Positions 22,544 to 35,617 are shown, numbered from the stretch's first letter. The stretch is 64,000 bases of DNA from Amoebidium appalachense (GCA_963693365.1 CAVNZM010000004.1:5582564-5646563), one strand, 5' to 3'. Numbers and translations: made by a program. The notes: generated from the sequence alone by a model not told the origin.

Positions 22544-25500
22544 TCATGTCGATTTCTTGTTTGGGTGCTGGGTGAGGTCGCGGTCAGCCAACAGCTGCTT
22601 GAGGTACTGTCGGCCCTTGCTCACTTCCTCGGCATCGGCAATGTATGTCACATCCCTGCCCCCACGTGTGAGACCACACACACACACACACACCAGACGC
22701 ATATTCATATCATACAGAATCTGTACACACTAGCACATAGTGTGCCATGTGTGGCACAAACACCCACGGTGGCACACACACACACGACCACCCGTGCTGT
22801 CTGGCTGTGCTTGCATGGCATAGTGGCTGTACACAACCACCCACACCCATGTGACGGCAGACACACAGCGGGGCACACACCGGTGTGGATGGATGCCCAT
22901 GCAGCACTACACTTGGAGTCATCGTGCAGGGTGTGCGCTGTAGGTCTGCAGGCACGGGTGTAATGCAGGGGGGTTTCGTGAAGTGCAAAGAGCATGGTGC
23001 AAAGCCGGAGAAGGGAGGTGGGGGGGGGGGTCACCCGCCAAAAGGGGGGGTTTTCACCTGCCTGAAAAGAGCATGGTGCACTACAGGGGGGGTTTTTCAC
23101 CTGCCAAAGAGCATGGTGCCCTACAGGGGGGGTTTTTCACCTGCCAAAGAGCATGGTTGCGGCCCACTGCACGGCCACATACAGGCGGGACCGCATGGAC
23201 CCCAGCATGGTCAGGTAGGCCGAGCGCCAGGTCAGCCAGGCCCTAAATCCGGTCAGGTCCAGACCCCCCCGCAGGTCCACCAGTGCCTTCTGGCTGCCCA
23301 GAGAGGCCATGGACCCCGGGTGGCGGTAGCTGAACACCGGCTGGTCGGATTCGGCCTGGCCCTCAGCCACGGCATTGAGCATCCGCGCCAGATACTTGGC
23401 CTGAAAGTGCACGTGTCAGCCCGGCCCATCGCCTTCCCCCTCCCCCCTCCCCCTCCCCCCCTCCCCCCCCCCCCCCGGCCTCTTGTGGGCCCCCACCTGG
23501 CGGTTTGCCACGGCAGCCAGGCAGGGCAGGGAGGGCTGGCCCACGGAGGCATGGTAGGCCGCACAGTCCCCCAGCGCATACACCCCATCGGCCAGCTGCT
23601 CCGCCTGCACACCCACCCCTATGTCAGCACATGTGCACCTGCACCCCCCCCCCCCCCCCCACAGCACACGCACGTGGTATGCGTGCAGGCGGGCATCCAC
23701 GGCTATGCGGCCCTCCTTGGTCGTGGCCAGGCCCAGGCGCTTGGTCAGCATGGACGGGCCCACCCCCGTGCTCCACACCATCAGCCCGTAGCCAAACACC
23801 TCCCCACTGCTGAGCACAACCTCGCTGGCACGCACCTGCACCAGGGGGGGTCAGGCGGCGCATGCTAGTCACTCTGAGTGCTGTCTCCCTACGGCCTCTA
23901 ACATACCTTGTATGTTGCCGCAGGCGACAGTCACTAAACAAAGTTTGATCGCGCGTAATCGGATCTGGATTTACGCGCGGTAATTGGTTCAAAATGACGT
24001 AAACTCAGCCTACTAGTAAAAATAAGACATGATCCGCCTGCCCGGGCTTTTTATTTAATAAGATTGAAAGTTTGCTCTAAAACTTTTGAGCATTCCGATT
24101 GGTCATTACATATTGAGCGATCTGATTGGCCATTACAGCCAGAAGGACCCCGGCGGAGACTTCCCGCAGCGTCGTAGGCCGCCCCGGCCACTTACGTAAG
24201 CCAGCGGGTACAAAGCCTTGGAGACTAGGCGCATGCAGGGCATATGCTGGGCATGCAGGACATATGCTGGGCCTGCAGGGCATATGCTGGGCATACAGGG
24301 CATATGCAGGGCATGCAGGGCATATGCTGGGCATGCAGGGCATGCAGGGCATAAGCTGGGCATGCAGGGCATATGCTGGGCATGCAGGGCATATGCTGGG
24401 CATATAAATGCTGGGCATACACGTGCACATGCCTCCTTCACGGTGGCCCTCTTGAGGTGCACCCCCTCCCGTGTCAGGGTGCGTGCCGCATAGTCCCTCA
24501 GGTGACGGTCAAACGACCCCAGCACCTCGTTGGCCTCCACCAGTGTCACCTGCCACCCACCCCTCAGCCCTACTGCCATACCCACCAGCCCCCCCCACCT
24601 GCAGGGGACAGCCATGCGCACCTTTACGTCGTGCCTCAGCAGGGGGCGCACCCTCTTGACGTCCTCGTTGATAAAATCGCACAGGTCCCCCGCAAATTCC
24701 ACCCCCGTGGGCCCACCCCCCACCACCACCACGTGCAGCAGCTGCCTGCGCTCCTCCTCGCTCAGCCCGGGCACAGCCGCCAGGCCCATGTTCCTCAGCA
24801 GGTGCCTGCGGATGGCCCTGGCCTCGCTGACCTCTCGCAGGAAGTATGCGTGCTCCTCCACCCCCGGCACACCAAACGTCAGAGGCTCTGCGCCGTGGGC
24901 CAGCACCAGGGCATCATAGGGCACACTAAACCAGCGCTGGGAGTTCTCGGGGTGTGCCGAGTTGACCGTCACACACTGCACCTGCAGCCACACACAGAGT
25001 TCAGCACCCCAGGCAACCTCGGGCCCAGGCCGTAGGTTGAGTGCTGCACGGTCATGGCCTGTCTTGCCTCCAGGTGGGTCATATCTCGACGAGTCGCACG
25101 GCAAATTCTTACATGGTCTGTGGGTCACTGATTCTCAGCCTTGCCATTGTGTGTATTGTTCACATAGTAAACACCTGACCCACGTTAAAGTCATAGATCA
25201 GTCGAAGCCCCTCCCCACGCACACGTCCACTCTTTGCCATCCAATAACTTTTTCTTCTCCGAGCCCTTCCGCTTTCTCCCCCCGCCCCAACACTGCATAC
25301 CTCCTTCTTTGCTGTGTCTATGCCGTAGACCATGGCCGGCACAAAGGCATTAAGGGACCGCGTCAGCGCAGGCTGCACGTTGAATATGGGCTCACAGATG
25401 GAGCGGAACTCCAGCGTGCCCGTGGTGGTCTGCGGCAGCAGCGGGGTGAACACCATGTGGTTGCGCAGGGAGCTGTGGGGGCGTGTGAGCGGTGGGTTTG

Positions 25501-26129
25501 CAAAGCACTGGCCAGGCAAGGCCCAGTAACATAGGCACAACAGTGCAGGGGCCTTGGGTTGTTGTCGGGGTACGAGCAGGAAGGGCCCCAGCACCCAGCG
25601 TGAAGTAATGTTAGCTCAATCTGGACACCACAGGCCCAGGCAACTAGCAGCAGTGTGGCGGGAAAAGAAGGCCAAGGGTGCCCAAGCAGGACTTCGGGTG
25701 GGGGGGAAGGAAGTGTTGTGGTAGAGGATCTGCGTGTGCGTGTGTGTTTTCCTGTGGAGGGGAAGGGGGGGGGAGGGGGGGGGGGGGGGGGGAAGGGGGG
25801 GGGGAAAGGGGGGAGGGGGTGGTGGCACACACATGACCGTCAGGTCGTACAAATCCATGTTGAGGTCACGGGCCACTCGCGTACCGGCCCAGCCCGTGCC
25901 CACCACCACCACCTTGCGCCGCTGGCTCGGCCCTGCCGCCGCACACAGCTGCCGTCTGCCCAGCTGCTGACCTAATGCCCTGCACAGGGGTGGCCCGGCC
26001 GTGCGGCTGGGGGCCAGACAGGCAAGGGAAGACATGGTGCTGGGTGCACGTGGGAGAACAAGCACGCACGTCGTGCACACGGACACAAAAGGGTGGCTGG
26101 CTGGAGGGCGGCCGTGCTAACCTCAACAT
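22544..26129 (-). CDS. Type II (alternative) NADH:quinone oxidoreductase, probably mitochondrial
   Basis: About 9 exons. Motifs: [103 protein letters not shown]. The N-terminus is Arg-rich and presequence-like. Confidence 0.93.
23866..24227. mobile_element. Non-autonomous DNA transposon (MITE), Academ-like
   Basis: Termini TAGTC...GACTA with a perfect 9-bp TSD GGCGCATGC at 23857-23865 and 24228-24236. It lies inside an NDH-2 intron. Confidence 0.8.
24230..24420. repeat. About 21-bp minisatellite GGGCATATGCTGGGCATGCAG
   Basis: Degenerate tandem copies next to the MITE. Confidence 0.9.
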
Positions 26130-26886
26130 GAAACTTCTGCGTACAAGGGAGGTTGCTCAGCGTGTGCCACTTTCTGGCCTTAGCATGCACAGGACATGGA
26201 GGAAAGAGTAAGGGCACTTGCACTATGGGATGGTAACGGGCCTATGTCCAACTTACGAGGGCTCTATGTCGTAGCCTATTGTGCACATAAGAATATTATT
26301 ACTGTAGGCCTATGCCATCACATCTGCCTAAAACATTTTGGGCGTGGGCAAGGATTCAAAGGCAGGTTTGTTGTGCCTGCCATATATGGCTATTGCAGAG
26401 CATTTAGCCAATCAGGTGCGCCGTGGAGGCGTTCAACAGAAATCATCAGGCGAGTAGCAGGCTGATGGACGAGTAAACAGCCGATTGTATGAAAGAAGAC
26501 CTACCAACTAATTTAGTAGTATACTGAAAAACACAAATTTTCGGCGCTATACGTTGACATCACTACTTTGTTTACGCCGCCTGGCGTAATTCTTTAATAA
26601 ATCGTTCTACATACTTACCGCTTTTAGGGTCCGGCTAACCAGCTTCATATGGAAATTTTGCCCTTCCCTTTATGAAAGCACTGCCATTGGTACAACCAAT
26701 ATGCCTATGACGTCATATGGGTAAACAAGATCTTGATTGCGCAAACCATGAAACTGCTCATCGAACGAACTGCGGAGTGAACAACCGTGAGTGTGAGAGC
26801 TAACAGGCAGAGCTACAGGCGCAACCCCTAGATATTCACCCCATACGCCTACACAGGCACGCAGGCTGAGGTTCCCTCCTTACAGC
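26130..26886. promoter_or_regulatory. Divergent promoter between NDH-2 and PAAF1
   Basis: Microsatellite-free and AT-richer. CCAAT near 26408 and 26696, and TGACGTCA at 26708-26715. Confidence 0.6.
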
Positions 26887-27206
26887 ATGGAGCAACCGCC
26901 ACTGCTGACCGTCCAGCCAGACTGGCCCGTAGCCCTCAGGTTACACACACACACGCACAACCCTCACAGTGCACCACAGACACGTAAACGCACACACACT
27001 CAAACTTAAACGGCTTATACACACAAACACACAGGACACAAACACATGTGCGCTTGCTCACACCCGCACGAACACACACGCATGCACGCATGCAAGCACA
27101 CACACGCAAGCACACATGCGCGCACACACACATACACGCACACGCACACGCACACACACACACACACATACACGCAACGCACACACACCAAACACGCACA
27201 CGCGCA

Positions 27207-27295
<89 letters not shown>

Positions 27296-28745
27296 CAGCA
27301 CTCGCATGCATGCACACAAGCACACATACATGTACGTAGACACAAGCTGACAAAAGCACACGGCAACTCCCATATACAAACACAAAAACTACACACACGC
27401 ACACACCACACACATGGGGCTTGTGTACTCGGGCACACGGCGCACACGGGCGAGAAAGGGGGGCAGGGGCGGAGGAGGGGGGGGGGGGGGGGGGGGGGGG
27501 CGTTGGGAGGAGGGCGAGAGAGAGAAAGAAAGAAAGGGTGGGAGAGAGGGACTGAGGGAGGGAAAGAGAGAAAGAGAGGGGGGATGGGGGGGGGGAGGGG
27601 GGGAGGGGGGAATATAAAAAGAGAGAGAGAGAGACAGTGTGTGTGTGTGAGTGAGTGAGAGTGAGAGTGAGAGAGCAACAGAGAGAGTTAAAGAGGGACG
27701 GACGTTGCGCCACGGGCAGTCTAGGAGGGTATGAAGGGGGTGCTGGAAAGAGAAGCAGGAAAGAGGATGCACGTGGAGAAAAGGGAGACATAAGGGGGGA
27801 GGGGGTGGGGGGTAAAGTGGATGTGAGAAAGGGATAGAGAAGGGGGAGGGGGGAAGGGGGACGGGCAGAGCGAGAGGGTGGGTGAGAGATACCGACCGAG
27901 GAAGGATGATGGAGAGAGAAAGGTCACAGGGGGAGAGGGCGGGGGGGGAGAGGGGCGGGGAAAGGGAAGGGGGGGGGGAGAGGGGGAGGGGGAAGGGGGG
28001 GGGGGGGGGTTAGGGAGAGGGAGAGAGAGAGGGGGGTGGGGGGTGGGAGAGGGAGAGGGAGAGAGTGTGTATATGGCTTTCTCTGACAGAGTGTCAATGT
28101 CATTGGTAGACTCGGCTAAGAAGATAATCCCTGCCTAGTTCCTTTCTTATTTCTTCTCCTTTGTCTTCTTCCCTTTTTAGTGAATATTGGTGGGTGGTTG
28201 CGTTGTGGGTAGAACCGCGGGCGTGAAGGGAGGAGGGGAGTGGGGAAGAGGGGGAGGGGGGGGGAAGGGAGGGGGCGGGGGGGGGAAGGGGGGGGGGTGG
28301 GGGGATGGAGGATACTTTGAAGGTTTTCACAATTTGATTAGTTTTGACATTCAAGCCTGGGCAGGTTAATGGATTTGAGCTAGGTGGTGTTTGTCCTCTC
28401 CTTTCACTTTTGACTCGTATGTGTGGATGGATGGTGGTGGTGGTGGTGGTGGTGGTGGTGGGGGGGGGGGGGGGGGGATTCATGGTTGGCATATTGAGTC
28501 ATATTAAAATGTTCTGCTTGGCATGCTTTTTGCGGTTGAGTTTTTTGCTTGTGTGTATACAGAGATGGGCATGAAGAGAACAAGCTGGGAAGGGAGGGGA
28601 GAGTGGGGGGGGAGAGGGGGGGGGGGGGGGTGGGGGGGGTCATATGGGCCCTAATTTGTTGTGTGAGGTGACGAGGCACACGGCCTTTGACGGGGCACCC
28701 ACAGGGAGGGCGACAAGAGCATATGGGTCAGCCTGACGTGGCCAG

Positions 28746-28823
<78 letters not shown>

Positions 28824-30674
28824 AAAAGTGGTGTGTGGGCAGGAGGGGGAAGAGGTGTATGTACCTGTACCTCTGTGGCTGTGGGTGCACGTGTGGAATG
28901 GAGCATGGAAAGCTGCAGGACGGTGAAGTACTGATTGCAGGGCGGTGCATGTGCTGATTGCAGGGCGGTGCATGTACTGATTGCAGGGCCGTGCATGTAC
29001 TGATTGCAGGGCGGCAACATGCCAGTTTACACGGCACGCTGAGGGTTGAGGTCACGGCCCAGGGCCTATGCCTGAGCTCACTAGAGGGCTTCACGGCACA
29101 GCTACTACCCGTGTGTGCATGCCTGGGTGTATAGGGGGGGTGGGGGTGGAGAGCAGGGGTGCTGACGGGCAGGGCAGGGCACAGGAGATGCCCAGCAGAT
29201 GCGTGTGGCCCACACAGCCACACACACAGAGGCCACATTCAGAGCCCCCTCGGCAGTATTCCAGGCCCTGGCAAAGCCCCCGGTATGCTGCCTAACCTCC
29301 CCTGTGCATCTTAGGCCCACATGCCCTGGGCTGCACAGGCACGGTCCAATCATTGCACTGCACACTGACGGGGCCACAGGTGTATGGCCTGGACATCTCG
29401 CCTGGGGGCCAGCTAGGGGTGGCTGGGGGTGCAGATGGCAGCCTGGTGGTGTTTCTGACCGACGATGGGTCAGTGCAGGTATACAAGGGCGTGCTGCTTT
29501 GGTTCTATGAGGGAGGGCATGGCACTGACGGGTGGGTGGGGCCAATTAGCGGCGGCTGGAGGGCCACGTGGCCGGTGTGGACAGCTGCCGGTTTTTTCCC
29601 AGCGGCAAGGTCGTGCTGAGTGCTGACCTGGCAATACGGTAGGAGTAGATGGGGGGGCGAGGAGAGGGGTAGGTGCTGACGAGGTGTGTGCAGGATATGG
29701 GATGTGGAGGAGGGGACATGTGCAGCTGTGTTTGGGGGGCACACACAAGGTGTGTGTGTGTGTGTGTGTGTTGGGGGGGGAGGGGGGAGGAGGGGGGGAG
29801 GCTGGGCGTAACAAGTAGACGTGAGGGGCTGATCTTTGGTGGGCAGGCATTACCGACACAGCGATTGTGGATAGGGGCCGCAACATCATCAGTACGTTCC
29901 ACCCCCCACACACCACACCTGCACTATGCATATGCAGCATCCACCCCCCACACACCACACATGCACAAGTCACACACCACACATGCACCGTGGATATGCA
30001 GCATTCACCCCACACACACCACACATGCACTATGCACGTGCAGCATTCACCCCCTACATGCGGTATGCATGGTCCCTCGAGTGTTTGCATCGTAGCAGCT
30101 GTGCCGTGTGGTTCATGCAGCATGCCGGGCAGTAATGGCCCCTGGGGTCAGGGGCCATGGCCAGACACGTGCTGACCAGGGTGCAGGTGTGTCCCGGGAT
30201 GGCAGTGCCCGGCTGTGGGACTGTGGCCGGTCGGCCTCTATTGCCACGCTGTACAGCGGCACAGGGCCAATCAACGGCTGTGCGCTGGCCCAGCCAGACA
30301 TGCAGCTGCCGGCACCCACGCCCCAGTCAGGTAGGCCAGTGGCTGGCTGGTGGCTGGGGGCCGCAGGGACTGACTGGCTGCAGGGGAGAGGGAGGTGGGC
30401 ACGGGGGGCAAGCTGCTGCTGCTGGCAGGGCAGGATGGCTGCATGAGGGCCGTGGCGGTGCAGGCAAGAGACCAGGTCGGTGGGGGCGCACGTGCAGGCA
30501 CATGGCCCAGCATGCATGCAGGCACATGCAGGTATTCACGGCCCACTGCAGGTGGTGTCAGTGGACTGTGGAAGTGCCGTGCAGTGCTGCAGCCAGGGCA
30601 CGGGCACGGTGGTGGCTGCCGGCACTGCTGACGGCACCGTGCTGACCTGGGACCTGCGCAACACAGCGTACGTG

Positions 30675-30720
<46 letters not shown>

Positions 30721-30814
30721 CGGCACGTGCTGGTGTCTAATTTTTCCTAACTTTGCAGCCTTTTTCTATACCTCTTTGCTAGATTGAGTTTCCACACATT
30801 ATGATACAGCATAG

Positions 30815-30855
<41 letters not shown>

Positions 30856-31568
30856 TCTTCTCATGGCTCCACACACCTGGAGGCACCATGGGCACCCCAC
30901 GCTGCAGCATGGCCACATGCATGCACACACACATGCCCAGGCCAGGCAGCCCTGTGCATGCATGCCCCATACCACCCCCCTTTTATGCGCTGACACGGTC
31001 CAGCAGGAGTCCACTGCAGACGTGGGCTCTGGGCCCGGCAGCAATCACGGCCCTGGCTGTTGCACCCAGCGGCTGGTGGGTGGCCACAGGTATGAGGCAC
31101 ACACAGCACATATGCACATGCACACACATACAGACACACAGCACACAAATACATGCACGCACACACACACCACATATGTACATTACTCACACGACATACA
31201 GACACACATGCATACGACACATGCATACATACACGCCATGTAAATACACACATGCAGATGCATGCACACTTGGTCTGTGTGCCCATCACACGAAATTCTG
31301 TACGTCTACAGCACTCACATGCACGCCTGTGCACCCACTTCCGCTGCCGCCATCATGTGTGCTGCCTGCAGACCCAAGCATGGCCCCACAGTATGGCGGT
31401 GGCATGTAACTGGCGGGTTGGGCAGGGGCCGGGCGTGTGCAGCAGCTGGGGGGCAGTGGTGCCGTGCTCACTGGGCCCGACACGGACCCGGTGGGCCGGC
31501 TGTGTGTGCAGGGCCACACGGTGTACACGTGCTGCCGGGATGGGTTGGTGCGCAAGTATGTGCTGTAG
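26887..31568 (+). CDS. PAAF1: Proteasomal ATPase-associated factor 1 / Rpn14 (WD40)
   Basis: Motifs: MEQPPLLTVQPDWPVALR, GLDISPGG, LEGHVAGVDSCRFFPSG, ITDTAIVDRGRNIISVSRDGSARLWDCGRS, EREVGTGGKLLLLA, LTGPDTDPV, YTCCRDGLVRKY. TAG at 31566-31568. Confidence 0.9.
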
Positions 31569-31590
31569 CTGTACACACGCACCTAGGGCC

Positions 31591-32644
31591 TGTTGGAGTG
31601 CAGACTTACGCTCACTCCACAATATGTGTATGTTAGCTTTACAATTGGTTCCGTGTACACAGACACACGCTGACACTCGATCACCACATGCACATCTGCA
31701 TAGTTGAGGAATGTTGCCAATTGTGTTTTGACTGCAAACGATTGGTTCACTGGTCCCAGAGATCTCTAAATGAAAGTAACCAATCCGATTAGCACCTGGC
31801 ATCCGGATTACATTCCAGACTGCTGCCCCACGGGTATATAAGCCACGTCTCTGCCAGGTGCAGTCATGGAGTTCAGTCATGGAGTTCAGTCATGGAGTTC
31901 AGTCATGGAGTTCAGTCATGGAGTTAACACACTGAAAGCAGTAAAAAACGGGTCAGCGCCCAAGCGCGCCACGACGACCCTAGTCACAGCGGACTCTACT
32001 TCCAACAGGGTTATGGGCCCAGACACGACACCGCGGCCTCTAACTTCATTAGAGACTTTCGCTTCCACAAACTCCATCCGCAGCAGCCTGCGACATCAAC
32101 GTCAAGTATTCCACTTCATTGGCGGGGCACGCACCACAGTGGAATGCACACCCCGGTCTACCCTGCAAGCAGCCACACTCACTCTCTCTTCTCTAGTGGT
32201 GTGTACACTTCTCCAATTGGGTAGGGGTGTTGGAGTGCAGACTTACGCTCACTCCACAATATGTGTATGTTAGCTTTACAATTGGTTCCGTGTACACAGA
32301 CACACGCTGACACTCGATCACCACATGCACATCTGCATAGTTGAGGAATGTTGCCAATTGTGTTTTGACTGCAAACGATTGGTTCACTGGTCCCAGAGAT
32401 CTCTAAATGAAAGTAACCAATCCGATTAGCACCTGGCATCCGGATTACATTCCAGACTGCTGCCCCACGGGTATATAAGCCACGTCTCTGCCAGGTGCAG
32501 TCATGGAGTTCAGTCATGGAGTTCAGTCATGGAGTTCAGTCATGGAGTTCAGTCATGGAGTTAACACACTGAAAGCAGTAAAAAACGGGTCAGCGCCCAA
32601 GCGCGCCACGACGACCCTAGTCACAGCGGACTCTACTTCCAACA
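31591..32644 (+). mobile_element. Intact non-autonomous copia-type LTR element (TRIM)
   Basis: Two 417-bp LTRs, 31591-32007 and 32228-32644, with TGTTGGA...TCCAACA ends. The 5-bp TSD is GGGCC. PBS GGTTATGGGCCCAG at 32009-32022 and short PPT GGGTAGGGG. The 220-bp interior is non-coding. Confidence 0.95.
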
Positions 32645-33374
32645 GGGCCCGGCCGTGTTGGTGCCCGGGGAGGGGTGGCACCAAGTGTTCTCGGCCGTCA
32701 CCTTGGGACATCTATTGCTGCGTGGCGGGTCTGTAGTGCCCATCACCATATGTTTTTGTGCAATTGCTCGTTCTAACTGTTTCCTTTGTTGTCATTTCTG
32801 ATTGCTCTAAATGGGTGAATGGTGTCGATCATTTGGAGTCCCTGCAAGTTTCAAATTGGTGCATGAATGGCGGTTGCGGGTATGTTTATGTTTCGAACCT
32901 TTCACAATGATTGTTAATCGTGACACAAGTTGATTGCCAAGCCATGAATCTTCTGGTTTAGGAGTTCATGCAAGGGCTGAACACTGGCAAATAAACACAG
33001 TACGCCAAGTTCGTACAATTCGTCTGTACACAATCAGACTGTTCCCCCTTTCCCCCCATGGCTTGGGCCCCTATTTGTTTGTGATAAGCGGTCTCAGTGC
33101 ACGTGATACAAATATTGATGACGATGCAGCCAGTATGGTTGGTTTGTGCACGTGTGTGTGTGACTGTGTGTGTGCATGTGCACGCGCGCGTGTGTGACTG
33201 TGTGTGTGCATGTGCGCGCGCGCGTGTGTGTGTGCTGGCGGGAGATACTATTGTGTGTGTCCGTGTATGCATGTCGAGCCCAATCTTAAGATTCATTGTG
33301 CCCATGAAAGGGAGTACACAGGCAGAACATTGCCTTGCCATGCTCTGATCAGCTCACATGTGACATCTTGCCTG

Positions 33375-33782
33375 CTTGGCTGCATATCACATGCATGGTT
33401 GTGTTGCTATTGGCTGCATATCGCATGCATGGTTGCTACTGGCTGCATATCTCTTGCATGGTTGCTACTGGCTGCATATCGCATGCATGGTTGCTACTGG
33501 CTGCATATCACTTGCATGGTTGCTACTGGCTGCATATCGCTTGCATGGTTGCTACTGGCTGCATATCGCATGCATGGTTGCTACTGGCTGCATATCTCTT
33601 GCATGGTCGCTACTGGCTGCATATCACATGCATGGTCGCTACTGGCTGCATATCACTTGCATGGTTGCTACTGGCTGCATATCACTTGCATGGTTGCTAC
33701 TGGCTGCATATCGCATGCATGGTTGCTACTGGCTGCATATCACTTGCATGGTTGCTACTGGCTGCATATCACTTGCATGCAT
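33375..33782. repeat. 29-bp minisatellite
   Basis: GCATGGTTGCTACTGGCTGCATATCACTT, about 14 copies. Confidence 0.95.
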
Positions 33783-35617
33783 GCATCTTGTTCATATTTA
33801 CTGCTGGCCCCTACCCTCTTCCGCTCTCATAACCATCCACCATGTAGCACGACTGGGAGATACACTATAACGGTGCCAGGATTGGCTGGAATACGTATCC
33901 ATAGTTTTGTGTGATGCTGCCAACCCGTTAATCAATGCCGTGACAGGTTGTGTGCACACGTGCATGATGAGTGGTTATGACACACACACACAGCAGGAAC
34001 AGCACGGTGCCTGCATGTATGTGCATGGTGACCAATTGCTGACCATCCCCAAATATGGTCCGTAGAACGGCTAGTCAGCATGCTTGCTTAGGGAGCAAAA
34101 AGAAACAAAAGACGTAAAGGGGGGAAAGGACACCCCACCCTACCCGTCCCGTGTGCGAGCAAGACACCTGCCAAAGAACTGTGCACGCACGGAGACCACA
34201 TGCTACCACGTGATTCACCAACACAGGCACAGGCATGTGGGTCGTGGGCTTGCGGGTGTGTGTGTTAGTATCAGCATGTGTGTTGTGTGTGTGTGTGTGT
34301 GTTTGACACATGCAGGGAGCGTTAATCGGCACATCGGTGTGTGTGTGTGTGTGCGCGCTGCGCGCGCATGCATGCGCGCGCGTGTGTTGGGGGGAGAGAA
34401 GGGGGGGATCGGCACATCGACGTGCCCAGCAGTGCGGGTGTCGGTGCAGAGTGTGTGTGTGTGTGTGTGTGAGCTTACTGGCCAGTACGGATATGCATGT
34501 GTGACTAGCTGCGGGTTGGTGTTTGCTGGTACATGTGTGTGTGTGTGTGTGTGTGCATTGTGTGTCTGTGTGTGTGTGTGTGTGTCTCTCTCTCTGTCTG
34601 TGTGTGTGTCTCTCTCTCTCTCTGTGTGTGTGTGTGTACATTGGCGTGTGTGTGTGCTGAGCTGTGGGTGTACCGGGTGGATGGTCATTGATGTGTACCG
34701 GGTCATAGGTATTTACTGCGCCATGTCTGCTTACTGTTTGCTGTGGTGTGTGGTGCTCTACCGGGCCATCGGGCCTGGCTGTGTGTTTAATCTTTTGTGG
34801 TGCACCGGGCGCTGTGCTACAAAGTGTCATTCGTGGTTACGTCATGGTGCCTGCGTATGTCTGTGGACAGAGCCGTGTGTCCCCTGCAGCCATCCCGCTG
34901 TAAGTACACAATACGTATACACCCTGCAACTCCCCCCCCCCCCCCCCCCCCCCCCCCACTTTCTCCTTCCCAAATGTACTCCTTCTCATGCAGCCCAGCC
35001 CCCCCCCCCCCCCCCAACCGAACACATCTTCACTTCTTCCTGGGCAGCCCACAGACCTCCCTTTTCATCTCGAGCAGCCCACCTACCTCCACTTCCTCCT
35101 ACCCAGCACCTTTACCGTGTAACCTTTCTTACACAGCCCACCTTCCAGCCACTACCTCTTACGCAACACTTCCATCCTGTTTCATCTTGTGCAACTCATC
35201 TGTATTGCCTCCTAATTCTTCCTGCCCACCCACACCATGCCACCCCACCTCACCTCCACTTCTTCCTACACACCCACACCATGCCCTCACCTCTTCGTCT
35301 TCCTGCACGCCCTGACCATATTACCTCTCCTTCTTCTTGAGCAGCTGGGCCTTCTAAACATTTAGCCCTCAAATCCACTACTTCCTACACCCTTTCACCT
35401 CTTCTTCTTCGTATGCCACCCCCCTTCAGCTCTACCTCTTCCTCCACACACACCTCTACTTCTTCTTGAGCAGCTGGGCCTTTTTAAAGAAACCACGTAA
35501 CCCCTACCTCTACTTCTTCGTGAGCAGATGGGTGTTTTACAGAAAAACCTTGTAACCCCTACCTCTACGTCTTCTTGAGCAGCTGGGCCTTTTAAAGAAA
35601 CCATGTAACCCCTACCT

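Noticed and set aside
22544-26129. Window derived from a euglenozoan because of the NDH-2
   Set aside because: Abundant cis-spliced GT-AG introns, individual divergent promoters, HDEL-type BiP and animal-like TAZ, PAAF1 and HTATSF1 argue against it.
31591-32644. Assembly-artefact tandem duplication
   Set aside because: TG..CA termini, PBS, PPT and a 5-bp TSD show that it is a genuine LTR element.
33375-33782. 29-bp repeats of CRISPR-like length (also 13835-14080 and 49997-50168)
   Set aside because: The units are directly adjacent with no unique spacers, there are no cas genes, and the context is eukaryotic.
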